This document shows positions 62,491-64,000 of a DNA stretch of 64,000 nt, piece by piece (position 1 is the stretch's first letter; every line of letters starts with the position of its first letter). Below the pieces are notes generated by a model, which was given only the letters and a program-made list of their open reading frames with translations, searched no databases and was not told where the DNA came from. The position numbers and the translations under genes are program-made. This DNA is from Balanoglossus misakiensis (lineage: Eukaryota; Animalia; Hemichordata): contig CM082584.2 of the NCBI GenBank assembly GCA_040954595.2, positions 3,972,110 through 4,036,109 on the forward strand, given 5' to 3'.

Positions 62491-63856
62491 GTAAGTTTGA
62501 TTTCCATTATTGATATTTCATCACACTGACACCCATTTAATATCAATTAACCAACAATACGTTACTTTTTTGCGATGTGTATCAGAAATTTAAAGGTGTC
62601 TTCAATCATGTCAGCTCTTGTTTCCCTGTGTGGTTTTAATGGCGAACTGGGACATTGTAGGTCATTGGAATAGTTATCAAAATTAAAACAACACTGTTCC
62701 GGTGCCAGGAAAAGAGACATGTAACGTGAAATACATTTCGAGATCTCTATATGGAATGATTTTATGGAAATGCATAGGAATCAAGCCCTGAAGGTCTAGG
62801 TCTCTGCTAGTGACAAAAGTGTACATACATAGATTATAGCAAAAAAATACTAAAATCAAAGTATTTTGATCAGTTAGCCAACAAATCAATAGTACCACAA
62901 ATCAAAATAGCAATGGCAAAGAACAGACATGTATTGAAGCTCATTGAACATGTTTGAGCTCACCCGCTGATGGTGATAGTATCTGTGCAGGTAACCATCT
63001 TACTTAATTTTCACGTCTTTTGGTTTCATTGAACTACGCCTCTCGCACCTGAGTGTGTTCCTTGTAATGGGTACTGATGACGTCAATAATCAAGTTATCA
63101 ATTCTTTCAAAATATTTAGGGAATTGAAAATCAAAATCTACATATAGACACATTCTTTTGTGACTCTCACTCAGACAGAAACGACTTGCGCAGGTACCTA
63201 TAAAATTGTTGTAATGTTGATGAAGGGGATATCCACATGTTTTATTACAAACACATCCATTCGCAAGTAATTGTGTGACTGTCACAATGTGACACGCCAT
63301 TGTAGCTGGTAGTATAAGTTGAGTGTGCGATGTCGTTTGAAAATACACAGCTATAAGCATGTGTAATTCAACCTGCAATCCATTGATTGACACCTATTGA
63401 GGTTCCCCAAAGTGGCTACAAATATTGCAGTGGCATAATTTAATCCAGTAAACGTTTATAAATCCAAGTTGCGTCCAACCCATCCCTCATTGAATATCTT
63501 CGATTCTGCATCTGTCCATCGCAATAAATTGGTGGAAAATAGAGAAAATTAACGTTTCACACGTGACAATTAACTTATTAAGGCTTAAACCAAATACCAA
63601 TTGCCTCTAGTAAAACCTAAATGTATAGTTTTGAACGAAACCATGCAGCTTTCGTTCATAGCACACTTTCAACTCATATCGAAGCCGTGGAAATCATGGG
63701 TACTAGTATATTCTTCTAAAATTGTTATACTTCATACTGGAACACAATTTTGAAATCCCTATAGCTGTACTATGATGCAGATAGAGAACATTAGGGCTTC
63801 AAACGTGACAATCAAACAAATACCAATTGCCAGATGGTAAAACTAACATGTATAGT

Positions 63857-64000
63857 TAGGGGCACAAGCCTATCGGGCTTGTGCCCCTATTGGTATTGTT
63901 GGAATTTTTAGGGCCCAAGCGCTTGCTTGCGCTTGGGCCCTATTGGTTTCGTTGGGGTTTTTTAGGGCCCAAGCGCTTGCTTGCGCTTGGGCCCTATTGG
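63857..64000 (+). mobile_element. Three stacked 5' ends of Helentron/DINE-like elements, truncated by the window
   Basis: TTAGGG(G)C(A/C)CAAGC...GCTTG.GCCC(C)TATTGG occurs three times. Confidence 0.65.

Larger units (their letters stand above)
47760..63857 (+). repeat. Second copy of a segmental duplication (or co-assembled haplotype) of ~454-23250; continues past the window
   Basis: Colinear high identity begins at tgtctcaggctgtgta (454 vs 47760) and continues through exons and introns; differences are mostly TE presence/absence. Confidence 0.92.

Overview
Eukaryotic, AT-rich, intron- and MITE-rich DNA, most like a marine invertebrate animal (taxon is inference). The window holds a complete 22-coding-exon MSH5 (meiotic MutS homolog) gene on + (1659-40298) and the first 7 coding exons of a near-identical second copy starting about 46.4 kb downstream (48082 onward). 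Intron 7 of each copy carries a same-strand nested gene encoding an unusual TRIM (RING-Bbox-Bbox-coiled coil) fused to a Deltex C-terminal (DTC) domain. The two TRIM-DTC copies are mosaics: a ~1 kb deeply diverged N-terminal block inside otherwise near-identical DNA, plus replacement-only changes in the DTC exon. Copy 1 of MSH5 has an 831-bp TIR element in the exon just before Walker B. Its intron 7 also contains an intact-looking 6388-bp tyrosine-recombinase retrotransposon with split direct repeats (PAT-like DIRS order). The gag, pol and YR ORFs of that element do not overlap; each is preceded by a phase-0 splice acceptor and followed by AATAAA, suggesting all three proteins are made by alternative splicing from one leader exon. 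Because the two copies supply filled and empty sites, many TE ends can be read exactly. All calls were made by eye; no database search was run.
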